A stretch of DNA of 53,615 bases from a virus. Taxonomy: Duplodnaviria; Heunggongvirae; Uroviricota; Caudoviricetes. The notes under the pieces are model-generated. The model did not search any database and was not told where the DNA came from. It saw nothing but the letters and a program-made list of their open reading frames with translations. Positions 43,742-53,615 of this stretch are shown piece by piece; position 1 is the stretch's first letter; every line of letters begins with the position of its first letter. The stretch lies in the IMG/VR virus record IMGVR_UViG_3300044568_003085; one strand, written 5' to 3'. Made by a program: the position numbers and the translations under genes.

Positions 43742-46700
43742 ATGTATAATATTAGAATAAAACAACTACCTAAAACAGGTGAACAGAGAAATTATAGTTT
43801 AGTAGATAGAAATGATTTATATATAAAAGTCAATCCATTAAACAGTGACACTAATGTAAAAAATACTATTAGTGCAGTACCACGTGAACAAGCAAACATA
43901 GAAGCTGAAGGTGGAGAAACTGTTGTTGGTGATATCAATGGTGATGGATTTTTAGAACACAATACTATTGTAGGTAAAAAACATACACAAGGTGGTGTTC
44001 CTTTAGACATAGCACCTGGTTCATTTATATTTTCTGATACAAAAAAATTAAAAATTAAAGATCCTGAAGTTTTAAAATTGTTTGGTGTTGGTCCAGTTAA
44101 AGGTGGAGTTACACCAGCAACAATTGCAAAAAAATATCAGACAAATAATTATATGAATGTTTTGAAGTCTGATGATACAGATGAAATTTCAAAACGTACA
44201 GCATCTAAAATGTTAGAAAACAATTTAGAGAAACTTGGAATGCTTGCATTAGTTCAAGAATCTATGAAAGGATTTCCTGATGGTATACCAGCAATTGCAG
44301 AATCTGTTATGGCAGGTCTTCAAGGACAAATGCAACCAGGTCAAGAACAAGGTGAAGGTGTTGCTGATGAAGTAATGGAAGATCAAGAAGAACCAGGTGA
44401 ACAAGAAGATGAAATGCGTTATGGTGGTGGTTTATATAAAGCACAAAGTGGTGGTAATCAGACAGAATATGTAGGAACTGATTTTCAAGGTCGTAGACAA
44501 ACACGAGCAGATGTTGATAGAATGATGGCGTTGCAAAGACAACAAAATGCAAATAGTAATGCATCATCTAATTCTATGCAATCAGTTACTCCTAGACAAG
44601 TAGAAAATAATGTAGAACAAGATACAATTAATACAGAACCAATAGAATTAGAAAATGTATTTGTTCCAAACAACAATAGAAAATATTCAAATAAAGTAAC
44701 TGAAAATGGTAATCCTATTCCAGGGTTTAAATTCTGGAATGGAATAACACCTGTTACCGTAACACAAGTACATTCAGAGTATGGACAAAATAATCCTGAA
44801 TCACCATATATTGAATTAAGTAATGGTGAAAAACTTAGTAAAAAAGCATTTCAACAATTACTTACAAAAGGTTCATATAATGATATACATGGTGGGGTTG
44901 GTGATGCTTATACTATAAATCAAAACATAGAAAAAAGAAGAATTAAAGACTCAAGTGGTACAGAAATAAATGGTTTTGATATTTATTCAGGTGATAAATT
45001 AAATTTTAAAGGTAATGACTATACAGTAGTAAATCCAAATGCTGATATGTCAAGAGGTTATTATAATACTTGGAAACCATTAAGAGATACTTTTGATAAT
45101 ACACAAGGAATTGTACAAGTATATAATAACAAAACTAAAAAATATGAATTTTTAGAAGCTGAGGATTTAGGTGACGCGTACAGATTTGATAAATCACAAA
45201 TTCCTGTTAGTCCAAATGATCAATTCAGAAATATATACAATACAAATTTAAATAAAACACGAAGAATAACTAATCCAGGTTATTCAACTGTTCAATCTGC
45301 ATACGCACCAGCACCAACGAATTCTGTTTATACGCCTCAAGGTAGAACTGTTCCACAAGGTAGAGTAGTTGATACAACAACAACTCCTCAAGATAGACTT
45401 CCACAAGAAGACAATGCTGGTTTACCTGAGATACCACAAACAACAGTGACACCACAAGCAAGACAGCAACCTCCACAACAGGTAACAACTCCACGTGCAA
45501 ATACGCCACGCAGAAATGTTCAACAACCTGTGCAACAACAAGATAATATTCAAACTACTTATTCAAATGAATCTTTTGAATATGGTGGTGATTTGCAGTA
45601 TGCTCAAGTAGGTGCTCAAGTTAAAAAGAAAGTTGTTAAAAAAGAAACTTCATCTGTAACTGGTAATACAAGAGTTACATATTCAGATGGTACAACTGAA
45701 ATTATTCCAGCTGATGTATCATATGATACAGCTGATGAAGAATTAAGAAAACAAGTTGGTGAAAAATATAATATTACTGATTTACAAGAACAATATAGAT
45801 TTAAAAATAAAACTGTAGGTCCTCAAACTCAAAAGTCAGGATACAAAGTTGATCCAGAATCTGGATTTTTATATAATGAAGCTGCTGGTGCACCAAGACC
45901 TGGTGCAGGTGGTTTACAAAATTATATGGAAATTCATAAAGAAGCTGTTGAATCTTATCCTGGAGGTGCTGAAAAATGGAAACAAGATATGATCAATGCA
46001 AAAGGAAAAGAAAATCCTGCAATGACACACTTGTTAAATTATGAAAACACTGCTGTTGGTACAAGAGCTGATGGAAAACAATATGTAGACTTAACTAAAA
46101 GAGGTGCTCTAGTTCCTGGAGTTGAAAACTTTAACTTACCTGGTATTAGTAAAAAACCTATTCTGCCTCCTCCTCCTGGAAAAAAACAAGCATTTACATG
46201 TGTAGATGGTGTTGTGTCTACTGTTGAGTATGGCGAAAGTGAAACGATGCCATCAGGTGCTTATGCTTCTCGTGCAGAAGCTGAGGCTGCATGTATACCT
46301 AATAAAAAAATTACTATACCTCCACCAGTGCAAAAAAGAAGACCTTGGTGGATACAAGATTCAGTAGCATTTGCTGCTGACATGACTGATTCTGTAACTA
46401 AATATGATCCAGCTTTGCAAAGAGTTGAAGCAGAAATTCCTGATTATGTATTAAAAGATCCTGCTGCAAGACTTGCTGCTTTAAAAGAACAAGAGTCTAG
46501 AAGACAAGAAGGTTTATTTAGTAGTACTGCAGGTAATGTAGCAGGTGCATCTATGGTTGGACCTGGTGACAGAGAACTAGCAGCATCAAGAGATATTATT
46601 GGTGATATTGAAAATCAAAATGTTGATATAGTAAATCAAGCATTACCAAGAAATGCTCAGATAATTAATCAAGCAAACTTATTAAAAGGTCAAGCATTAC

Positions 46701-47227
46701 AAAAATATATTGCAGAGTCTGCAACAGCTAATCAACAATACGATAATGCTAGACGCGCACTTAAAAATAGACAAGTTGGTTCATGGATGAATGCAACTAC
46801 TAACTGGATGGCACATAAACAAATGGAAGATGTATTATATCCAAATGTAATGATAGATTCTATTACAGGTGATGTAACACAAACTCGTGGCAATAGACAA
46901 ATGTTTGATGAATATGGTAGACCAGTTTATGATCCTTATATTAATCCATCTGGAAAAAGTTCAAGATCTGGAACATCATATGAAGATAGAGTAAAATATT
47001 GGAAAAGTCAAGGACATACAACAGATCAAGCACATGCTGCAGCAAATGCAGAAATCAATGGTGCTGGTACTAGAACAGCGTCAACTGACGAAACTAAAAA
47101 AAATCAACCAATAATTGCACCTATGATTCAAAATTATAGACAAGTAAAATATGGTGGTTATATTAAAAAATATGGTGGAGTAGTTAATGATTATGGAGCA
47201 CTACCATTATACTTTTTTGAAGATTAA
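43742..47227 (+). CDS. internal virion (cargo) protein
   Basis: ANIEAEGGE...G..H..GGV...FIFSD N-terminal domain recalled from crAss cargo proteins; P/Q/T-rich linker; KYGG repeats at the C-terminus. Confidence 0.75.
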   Translation: MYNIRIKQLPKTGEQRNYSLVDRNDLYIKVNPLNSDTNVKNTISAVPREQANIEAEGGETVVGDINGDGFLEHNTIVGKKHTQGGVPLDIAPGSFIFSDTKKLKIKDPEVLKLFGVGPVKGGVTPATIAKKYQTNNYMNVLKSDDTDEISKRTASKMLENNLEKLGMLALVQESMKGFPDGIPAIAESVMAGLQGQMQPGQEQGEGVADEVMEDQEEPGEQEDEMRYGGGLYKAQSGGNQTEYVGTDFQGRRQTRADVDRMMALQRQQNANSNASSNSMQSVTPRQVENNVEQDTINTEPIELENVFVPNNNRKYSNKVTENGNPIPGFKFWNGITPVTVTQVHSEYGQNNPESPYIELSNGEKLSKKAFQQLLTKGSYNDIHGGVGDAYTINQNIEKRRIKDSSGTEINGFDIYSGDKLNFKGNDYTVVNPNADMSRGYYNTWKPLRDTFDNTQGIVQVYNNKTKKYEFLEAEDLGDAYRFDKSQIPVSPNDQFRNIYNTNLNKTRRITNPGYSTVQSAYAPAPTNSVYTPQGRTVPQGRVVDTTTTPQDRLPQEDNAGLPEIPQTTVTPQARQQPPQQVTTPRANTPRRNVQQPVQQQDNIQTTYSNESFEYGGDLQYAQVGAQVKKKVVKKETSSVTGNTRVTYSDGTTEIIPADVSYDTADEELRKQVGEKYNITDLQEQYRFKNKTVGPQTQKSGYKVDPESGFLYNEAAGAPRPGAGGLQNYMEIHKEAVESYPGGAEKWKQDMINAKGKENPAMTHLLNYENTAVGTRADGKQYVDLTKRGALVPGVENFNLPGISKKPILPPPPGKKQAFTCVDGVVSTVEYGESETMPSGAYASRAEAEAACIPNKKITIPPPVQKRRPWWIQDSVAFAADMTDSVTKYDPALQRVEAEIPDYVLKDPAARLAALKEQESRRQEGLFSSTAGNVAGASMVGPGDRELAASRDIIGDIENQNVDIVNQALPRNAQIINQANLLKGQALQKYIAESATANQQYDNARRALKNRQVGSWMNATTNWMAHKQMEDVLYPNVMIDSITGDVTQTRGNRQMFDEYGRPVYDPYINPSGKSSRSGTSYEDRVKYWKSQGHTTDQAHAAANAEINGAGTRTASTDETKKNQPIIAPMIQNYRQVKYGGYIKKYGGVVNDYGALPLYFFED

Positions 47228-47250
47228 TATATTATAAAAACAACAATAAC

Positions 47251-49881
47251 ATGGCAACATTTATAAAAGGAGTTACTGACGAATTTCCACAACAAAATTT
47301 ATATAAACCTGATTATGCATTTCTTACTCAGGTATATGGAACTCGTCAAGCGGAATATGATCGTGGATTTGATTATGTAAAAAACATAATTAATTCTGCG
47401 TTAAATGATCCTTTGACTTCAGCATCAAATGAAGAATATAGAAAAGAAGTTTTTAAAAAAATACAAGGTTCTTTAAAAGATATTACTAATTTAGATTTAT
47501 CAAATCCTGCAAATATTAGTATTGCAAATTCACTTGTTGATCCTATTACAAGAGATAAAGAGTTGGCACGTGACATGGCACTTACTAAATTTTATGGTAG
47601 TGAAATTGGTAAGTATAATGAAATGAAAGCAAGTGATGATATAAAAATAAGAGCACAAGCAAGTGATTATAGTTTAGCATATATGAATCAAGGTATTGCA
47701 GAATTAAAAAATTCTAAAAGAGGTGATGGCAGCATCTTAAAAACTCAACCAAAAAACTTTGTCAAGTTTGGTGACATGAATGATTTTATTCAACAAAAAG
47801 TAAAAGATAATAAACTTGAAATAGTAGAAGATAAAGTTAGTGGTTTTTATAAAGTGAGACAAACTAATGGTGGTGGTAAAGCAATTGATTTTGCAAAATA
47901 CTTTAAAGATCAAGTACAAGCGTTTGGTGGATTCAATGATCAACTAGCAGTTATAGGTGCAGTAGATAGTGAAAATGCTGTCCAAGAAGAAATGAATACA
48001 AACAAGGTTTCTAGAGAACAAGCTATACAAAGCATTGCATCAAAACTTGTTGTGCCAGTAAAAGATGAAGCAGTCTCAACACAAAAAGAATCTACATCAC
48101 AACTAGATGACGTTGTACAAAAATTAGAATTATTTGATAGAGAACATCCTGATGGAGTTCCTGTTGATAAAAAAGCATATCATGACGCATTAGTAAGTGC
48201 AAAAGTAGAATTTGAAAAAGATGCAGCTAATGCAATAAAAGATAATAAAGATATAGATAAAGGTGGTTCACAATATGTTTCAGCAAATTTAAATAATTTA
48301 TTTAAAAATAATGCTTTAAATAAAATGGCATTACAATGGGGAAAAGATTATGCAACAGTAACATCAAAAACAGAAATTAGTAAAAATGATGTTGCATTAG
48401 ATTTGTATAAAATAAAAACAGATACAGATTTAGCATATGCAAAAATGAACAATGATAATTTAATGAAAAATAAAGAACTTGCTCAACAAAAAACTATTGA
48501 AGATAACAAACTAGAATTAGAATATGCAAAAGCTACTGGTAAAGGAGAATTACCTTCTAGCAGTATTATAGGCACATCACAAACAATGTCTTCATTACCT
48601 GCTGTACAAGTTTTGTCAGAAGCATTAACATCTACACATAACGAAATATTTGCTGATGCATTTGATCCAAAAGAAGGCGCAATAAACATTGTTGTAGGAA
48701 GTCAGAATACTGGGAAATATTATTCAGTAATGGACAAAGTTAAAAAGATTGCTGATGGTAGTGGTCAAAAATTAACAGATGATGAATTAAAATTATTTGG
48801 TAAACTTGGTGGACTTAGTAAAGTTCAAGTTGTAGATCCTACAACACCAGAAATTGCACGTGCAATGATTAATTCACTTGCAGTTGGTATTCATGACCAA
48901 GCAAAAAAAATGATTCCTGTACTTGCAGCACAAGGAAGTATTGGTGATTATAAACAACAAGTGTATGTTATGAATAATGCAATTGCAAAATTTGATCAGG
49001 CACTTTCACAAAAATCTGAAATTGATAAAAATTATAAAGCAATAGCACAAACTATATTGAATGTTGATGGTACAATAAAAGATACATATGAAGGTAAGGT
49101 TTCTGTAATTGGAAAAACAGCAGATGGGTATCCTATATTTGATACATCTAAATTAAGTCCTGAACAACAAAAAGGTTTAGAAATAAAACTTACAAAAGAA
49201 TTTGTAAATAAAACAACTGGTACAACAATTACAAGATTAAATACTGGTGTTAGAGCAGATGAATGGGGTTTACTTCTTGGTTCAGTTGCTTCAGAAAATT
49301 CAAGTGATCCTGCATTGTTTACACAATTAGCATCTATGAATAATGAATCAAGAGCAAAACTATTAGGCAATCAATATGAAATTAGTAGTGATCCAGTTAA
49401 TAAAACTGTATTAGTTACTATGCGTTCAAATAATGAAGATCCTAAAAAATCTAATGCTCCGTTGACTGTAAAAATTCCATTTGCAACTATTAATACAAAT
49501 CCTGCTTTACGCACATTAAAAAGATATGTACAAGAGTCTACTATAAATGTAAATTCACTTGGAGATTTTAGTCCATTGCAATCAAATCCAACAGCAACAA
49601 TAACAGCAAATTCAATTACAAAAGGAACAGGATTTGATTATACTGCTACTGGTACTTATGACAGATATGGTTCATATTCTATTTCTTACAATACAAAATA
49701 TTACGATCCTTCAAAAAACAAATGGATAACATCTAATGTTGATTTTATTCCTGCAAAAGGACCTGATGATGTTGATGCAATACTTGCACTTGATTTAAAA
49801 ATTAAACAAGAACATGAACTTTATTTAACTGCATTAAAAGATATTAATAATGCAAATAAAAAAAATGTTGTAAAAAAATAA
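47251..49881 (+). CDS. internal virion/ejection protein (helical)
   Basis: 876 aa; Y.PDY.FL N-terminus and LDLS.P.N...A pattern; synteny before the giant gene. Confidence 0.7.
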   Translation: MATFIKGVTDEFPQQNLYKPDYAFLTQVYGTRQAEYDRGFDYVKNIINSALNDPLTSASNEEYRKEVFKKIQGSLKDITNLDLSNPANISIANSLVDPITRDKELARDMALTKFYGSEIGKYNEMKASDDIKIRAQASDYSLAYMNQGIAELKNSKRGDGSILKTQPKNFVKFGDMNDFIQQKVKDNKLEIVEDKVSGFYKVRQTNGGGKAIDFAKYFKDQVQAFGGFNDQLAVIGAVDSENAVQEEMNTNKVSREQAIQSIASKLVVPVKDEAVSTQKESTSQLDDVVQKLELFDREHPDGVPVDKKAYHDALVSAKVEFEKDAANAIKDNKDIDKGGSQYVSANLNNLFKNNALNKMALQWGKDYATVTSKTEISKNDVALDLYKIKTDTDLAYAKMNNDNLMKNKELAQQKTIEDNKLELEYAKATGKGELPSSSIIGTSQTMSSLPAVQVLSEALTSTHNEIFADAFDPKEGAINIVVGSQNTGKYYSVMDKVKKIADGSGQKLTDDELKLFGKLGGLSKVQVVDPTTPEIARAMINSLAVGIHDQAKKMIPVLAAQGSIGDYKQQVYVMNNAIAKFDQALSQKSEIDKNYKAIAQTILNVDGTIKDTYEGKVSVIGKTADGYPIFDTSKLSPEQQKGLEIKLTKEFVNKTTGTTITRLNTGVRADEWGLLLGSVASENSSDPALFTQLASMNNESRAKLLGNQYEISSDPVNKTVLVTMRSNNEDPKKSNAPLTVKIPFATINTNPALRTLKRYVQESTINVNSLGDFSPLQSNPTATITANSITKGTGFDYTATGTYDRYGSYSISYNTKYYDPSKNKWITSNVDFIPAKGPDDVDAILALDLKIKQEHELYLTALKDINNANKKNVVKK

Positions 49882-49899
49882 TATAAAACCAAAAACATA

Positions 49900-52800
49900 A
49901 TGGCTGAAAATACAGAATTAGATGCAACTGCTTTAGAGTCTACAGATTCAAATCAATCTCTTGATTTACAATCATTAATGGCATCTGGTACACAACAAGC
50001 AACACCAACATTAACAAATAATATTACAACAACACCAATACCAACACCACCTGTATCTAAAGATCCACTAGGTGATGCAATGAGATATGCTAGGTATACT
50101 ACTAGAGAAGATTTAAATAATAAATTATCACCACCTAGATCTATTAGTGATAAGTATACTTACGAACAAGGTCCAGGTATAAGAACATTAGATGCTGATA
50201 GTATTGCTAATTTTACTCAACAAGAAAATTATAATCCAGAAGGATTTAATCCATCTGATCCAACTAATTACGCAAGATTTGCAGAAAATGAAACATGGGG
50301 TACAGCACTTGCAAAAGGGTTTGACTCAATGGGTAGTAAATTTGGTTCTGCATTTCAAGAAAACTTTGTAGGATATGGTAGAATAGGTTCTGCCATTATG
50401 AATATGGATTTTTCACAAATCATGCCATCAGAAGATGAAATGATGGTGCAGTACTATAAAGATCAAAAAGACGCACAAAGAAACTTTGTATTTGAAAAAC
50501 CTGAAAATGAAGAAAGTTTATTTTCAAAAAGAACTATGTCTGAATTTATAGGTAGTAGTGGTTTTATGCTTGGTACATTTGCTGCTATGGGATTAGAAAT
50601 TGCAGCAGATATTTTAATTACTGGTTTAACAACACCTACTGGTGGTGAAGGAGCAGCAACATTTATTCCTACATTTGCAAAAATTGGTGCAGGATTTTCT
50701 AGAATGATGGGTAAAGAAGCAGTTGAAATTGGTGCAAAAGAAGCAGCAATAAATATTGCAAAAAATAAAAATTTTGTAACAGAAGCTGCTCAAGGTTTTA
50801 CTTTAGGAAACAAATCAGTTGAAGAAATTAGATTATTAAATAAAATTGGTGAGGCATCCTCAATTGCAAATGCATCTAATTCTGTTGCACGTCAAGCATT
50901 AAACGAAACTTTTACTGTATTTAGTGGAAATATTTCAGGTATATTGAAATCAAAATCAATTGCTGAAATGACTGGTAATATTGCAAGAGGATTACCATTA
51001 ATTGGTACTGGTGTTAGATATGGTGAAAAAGTTTTAGCAGGTGCTGAAGCTGGTTTATCTGCTGGTAAATTATTTGGTATGGGTGCACAAGGTCTTAGAC
51101 GTGTTACACAAGAATTAAATATGTCTGCTACAGAAGCATCTTTTGAAGCTGTATCGTCATATGGCGATACTTTAAATAAACTTATTCAGGAACACAGAAA
51201 TAATAACAATGGTGAAAATCCTGATGAAGTACAATTTGAAAATATGAAAAGCACTGCGATGCTTTCTAGTTCTTCAAATTACAAAACCAATATGGCAATT
51301 TTATTAGCAACAAACAAATTACAATTTGGTAATATGTTTACTAAATTTATGCCTGCTAATAGAACCATGCGTGAACTTATTGAGGCAACAAAAGATAACT
51401 TGTTACTTGTTGAATCAAAAGGATTAAAAAAGTTTTATAAAAAAGGATTTGCTGGAGCATATGGAACTGTTGGACAAGTTGCTAAAGATTTTGGTAAAAA
51501 AGAAGCAACAAAACAAGTAGGTAAAGCATTCTTTAAAGACATGACTCGTTTTGAATTAGTAGAAGGATTGCAAGAAAACATGCAAGACATATCTTCTAAT
51601 GGTTGGAAAGATTATTATATTGGACAATACCAAAAATCTCATTCAACTTTATCAGATTCATTTGGTAAATCTTTTGAAGATGAATTTAGCAAACAAGGTT
51701 TAAAAACATTTTTAATGGGTGCACTTACTGGTACACTTGTTAGATTACCAGTTCATACAACAACAAAAGCACTTGAATATTTTTCTGACAAATTTACTGC
51801 TAGACAATATTCAAAAACGCCAGGAGATAATCCTGTTGAAAATGTAAAAAAACAATTTGATAAAGATGTTGAAACTTTAAATACTTTCTTTAAACAGTCA
51901 GAAGAAAAAGGTTTTAAACATAAAATTATAAACTTTACTAATCAGGTTCAAGAAGGACAAAATCAAACTGAAGCTGCAGCAAAAGGTTTAGTATATGAAT
52001 TTGAAAATAGTAGAGATAATGCATTGGTATCTGCAATATCAGCTGCTAAAAGAACAGGTTCTATTGACGTATTGCAAAGAGCAGTAAAAGAAATGGGAAC
52101 TGATATGACAAATGAAGATTTTGAAAAATCATTTGGAGTAAAACTTGAAGATACTAAATATGCTACTGCTCAAGATTTTTCAAATAAGTTATCAAAAGAT
52201 ATTAAAAGATATTCAGATGTATCAGATGGTTTAAGAAACAAAGTAAAAAGTTTTTCTGAACCAAGTTTATATACTCCAGGTACAAAAGAATATTATACAG
52301 CAATGATTGCACGATCAGCTGAAGAAGATGCTATACATACAATTGCAATGAATGCAATTAAAGGTGACATGACTGCTGAACGTGCTTACAAAGTATCACA
52401 AGAACTATTAAGTAATAAACAAATTGCTAGTAGTTCTGATTATGTTATACGCGTATTAACAGATCCAAAAATTCTTAATGACGAATTAGGAAACATAATG
52501 GCAGATTTAAGAATTGCTGAAACTAATATAAAAAATAATACTGATCCTGCACTTGCTAAAAAATTAAAAAAACAAGTAAAAGAAAAACAATTAGAATATG
52601 ATGCATTAGTTAAGTGGCAAACTTACTTTAGTAATAGAGATGACATGTCAATTGCATTAAATGAAAAGGGTGAAATTGAAACTAAATCAAATATAGTACT
52701 AGATACTTTTGTTGGTGAACGATTAGATAAAAATCAAATTGTAACTGATGAAGATGGTAATGAATTAGAAGAAGTAAATACTACATTTGATACACATTCA

Positions 52801-53615
52801 AAAGATGTTATTGAAGCTTTTAGAACTTTATTAAATATAAAAAATAAACAATCTGGAATTGATATGGAAATATCACAAGTTGAGATGAGAGATGTTCATC
52901 AGAAACTTGTTGATTACATGAAACTTGATAAAGACACTAAAGATTATATGGGTGCTGTTGATGCACTTATGAATCCAGATAATTTTAAATATGCTATCAG
53001 TAAAATGTCTGATGGTAAAATGAAATATCAAGTAATTGCCTGGTTATCTATTTTTGAAGATAAAATAACAGATTCAGTATTTGGTGAAGAAGGATTAATT
53101 AACGCCTTGAAATCTACAAACATAGAATTAAATACACTTGATATATTATTATTGCATGAAGAAATGCAAAAAGCAGTATATGAAAATGAAAATTATAAAA
53201 ATTTAATAACAGTTTCTTTAGATCCAAATCTTGGAATTGATAATGCAGAGTATACACAAAAGTTAATTGACAATTTGCAAAAAGATATTACTGCAAAGTT
53301 TACTGAATTAACAAAAAGATATGCTCCTTCAGAGTATCAAAACGATATTACTAATGAAGAGTATGATACAATAATTGCTACTGGTAAAATAGAAACTATA
53401 AGAGAACAATTACTTATAGATAAAATTGCTAGAGGTGATATTGAACTAGGACCAAATGAATTAAAAGTAATAAATTCAGAACAGTTTAAAGAACAAATAG
53501 AAACTAAAGTTGCAATAGCAAAAGAAAATTTACCTAAAACTGATGTTATTAATACGCAAACATACAGTGATGAAAATGGTAAATTTGGTGTAGTATCTCC
53601 TGAAGGAGAAGTCAT
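49900..53615 (+). CDS. giant ejection protein, 5' part (>1238 aa, truncated by window end), with hydrophobic Gly/Ala-rich helices
   Basis: ATG at 49900 (MAENTELDAT...); frame open where spot-checked (51121, 52981, 53581); missing from the ORF track, probably because it has no in-window stop; segments such as FIGSSGFMLGTFAAMGLEIAADILITGL. Confidence 0.85.
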   Translation, partial: MAENTELDATALESTDSNQSLDLQSLMASGTQQATPTLTNNITTTPIPTPPVSKDPLGDAMRYARYTTREDLNNKLSPPRSISDKYTYEQGPGIRTLDADSIANFTQQENYNPEGFNPSDPTNYARFAENETWGTALAKGFDSMGSKFGSAFQENFVGYGRIGSAIMNMDFSQIMPSEDEMMVQYYKDQKDAQRNFVFEKPENEESLFSKRTMSEFIGSSGFMLGTFAAMGLEIAADILITGLTTPTGGEGAATFIPTFAKIGAGFSRMMGKEAVEIGAKEAAINIAKNKNFVTEAAQGFTLGNKSVEEIRLLNKIGEASSIANASNSVARQALNETFTVFSGNISGILKSKSIAEMTGNIARGLPLIGTGVRYGEKVLAGAEAGLSAGKLFGMGAQGLRRVTQELNMSATEASFEAVSSYGDTLNKLIQEHRNNNNGENPDEVQFENMKSTAMLSSSSNYKTNMAILLATNKLQFGNMFTKFMPANRTMRELIEATKDNLLLVESKGLKKFYKKGFAGAYGTVGQVAKDFGKKEATKQVGKAFFKDMTRFELVEGLQENMQDISSNGWKDYYIGQYQKSHSTLSDSFGKSFEDEFSKQGLKTFLMGALTGTLVRLPVHTTTKALEYFSDKFTARQYSKTPGDNPVENVKKQFDKDVETLNTFFKQSEEKGFKHKIINFTNQVQEGQNQTEAAAKGLVYEFENSRDNALVSAISAAKRTGSIDVLQRAVKEMGTDMTNEDFEKSFGVKLEDTKYATAQDFSNKLSKDIKRYSDVSDGLRNKVKSFSEPSLYTPGTKEYYTAMIARSAEEDAIHTIAMNAIKGDMTAERAYKVSQELLSNKQIASSSDYVIRVLTDPKILNDELGNIMADLRIAETNIKNNTDPALAKKLKKQVKEKQLEYDALVKWQTYFSNRDDMSIALNEKGEIETKSNIVLDTFVGERLDKNQIVTDEDGNELEEVNTTFDTHSKDVIEAFRTLLNIKNKQSGIDMEISQVEMRDVHQKLVDYMKLDKDTKDYMGAVDALMNPDNFKYAISKMSDGKMKYQVIAWLSIFEDKITDSVFGEEGLINALKSTNIELNTLDILLLHEEMQKAVYENENYKNLITVSLDPNLGIDNAEYTQKLIDNLQKDITAKFTELTKRYAPSEYQNDITNEEYDTIIATGKIETIREQLLIDKIARGDIELGPNELKVINSEQFKEQIETKVAIAKENLPKTDVINTQTYSDENGKFGVVSPEGEV

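Noticed and set aside
45290-45560. P/Q/T-rich repetitive segment in 43742..47227
   Set aside because: It is a low-complexity linker (TTP/PQ echoes) with no discrete tandem DNA repeat.
7851-49370. Numerous 60-115 aa antisense or alternative-frame ORFs inside the large genes
   Set aside because: They are expected by-products of codon bias in long plus-strand genes and have no leaders or recognisable motifs.
1-53615. Stop-codon reassignment (TAG to Gln or TGA to Trp), known in some crAss-like phages
   Set aside because: Very long genes are intact under the standard code, TAG acts as a real stop (4804, 842, tmRNA tag), and no suppressor tRNA is present. The muzzle split is at TAA.

Overview
This AT-rich window (roughly 30% GC by eye) looks like part of a lytic crAss-like (Crassvirales-related) phage of a Bacteroidota host, read with the standard genetic code. 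Host evidence is TAnnTTTG promoter elements and A-rich leaders without Shine-Dalgarno sequences. Bases 1-1380 are the end of a leftward arm of small genes, with a G-tract-rich non-coding stretch; a divergent promoter region follows at ~1400-1452. Everything after that runs rightward. First comes an accessory block: possible nucleotide-sponge anti-defence genes, a GroES-like gene, an unassigned structured RNA, tRNA-CAU, a tmRNA with a 34-aa tag, wHTH, HU-like, Zn-finger and PD-(D/E)xK genes. Next is the head module (TerL, portal, scaffold-like, MCP), then ring, Dps-like, auxiliary capsid and hub genes. After these come a very Cys-rich fibre cluster, a metallophosphoesterase, a second IHF-like gene, two ring proteins and a muzzle/tail-stabilisation protein split into two ORFs. 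The window ends in giant internal cargo proteins, the last running off the end. The best novelty candidates are: (1) cargo proteins built from small modules and enzymes separated by a recurring x-[YFLM]-GG type motif that also occurs in a stand-alone 42-aa peptide; (2) the split, insertion-laden muzzle; (3) a recurring intergenic GTAAATT-N3-AWTGTAA motif; (4) an unidentified, possibly two-state ncRNA beside the tRNA and long-tag tmRNA. All family assignments come from motif recognition by eye; no database searches were run.
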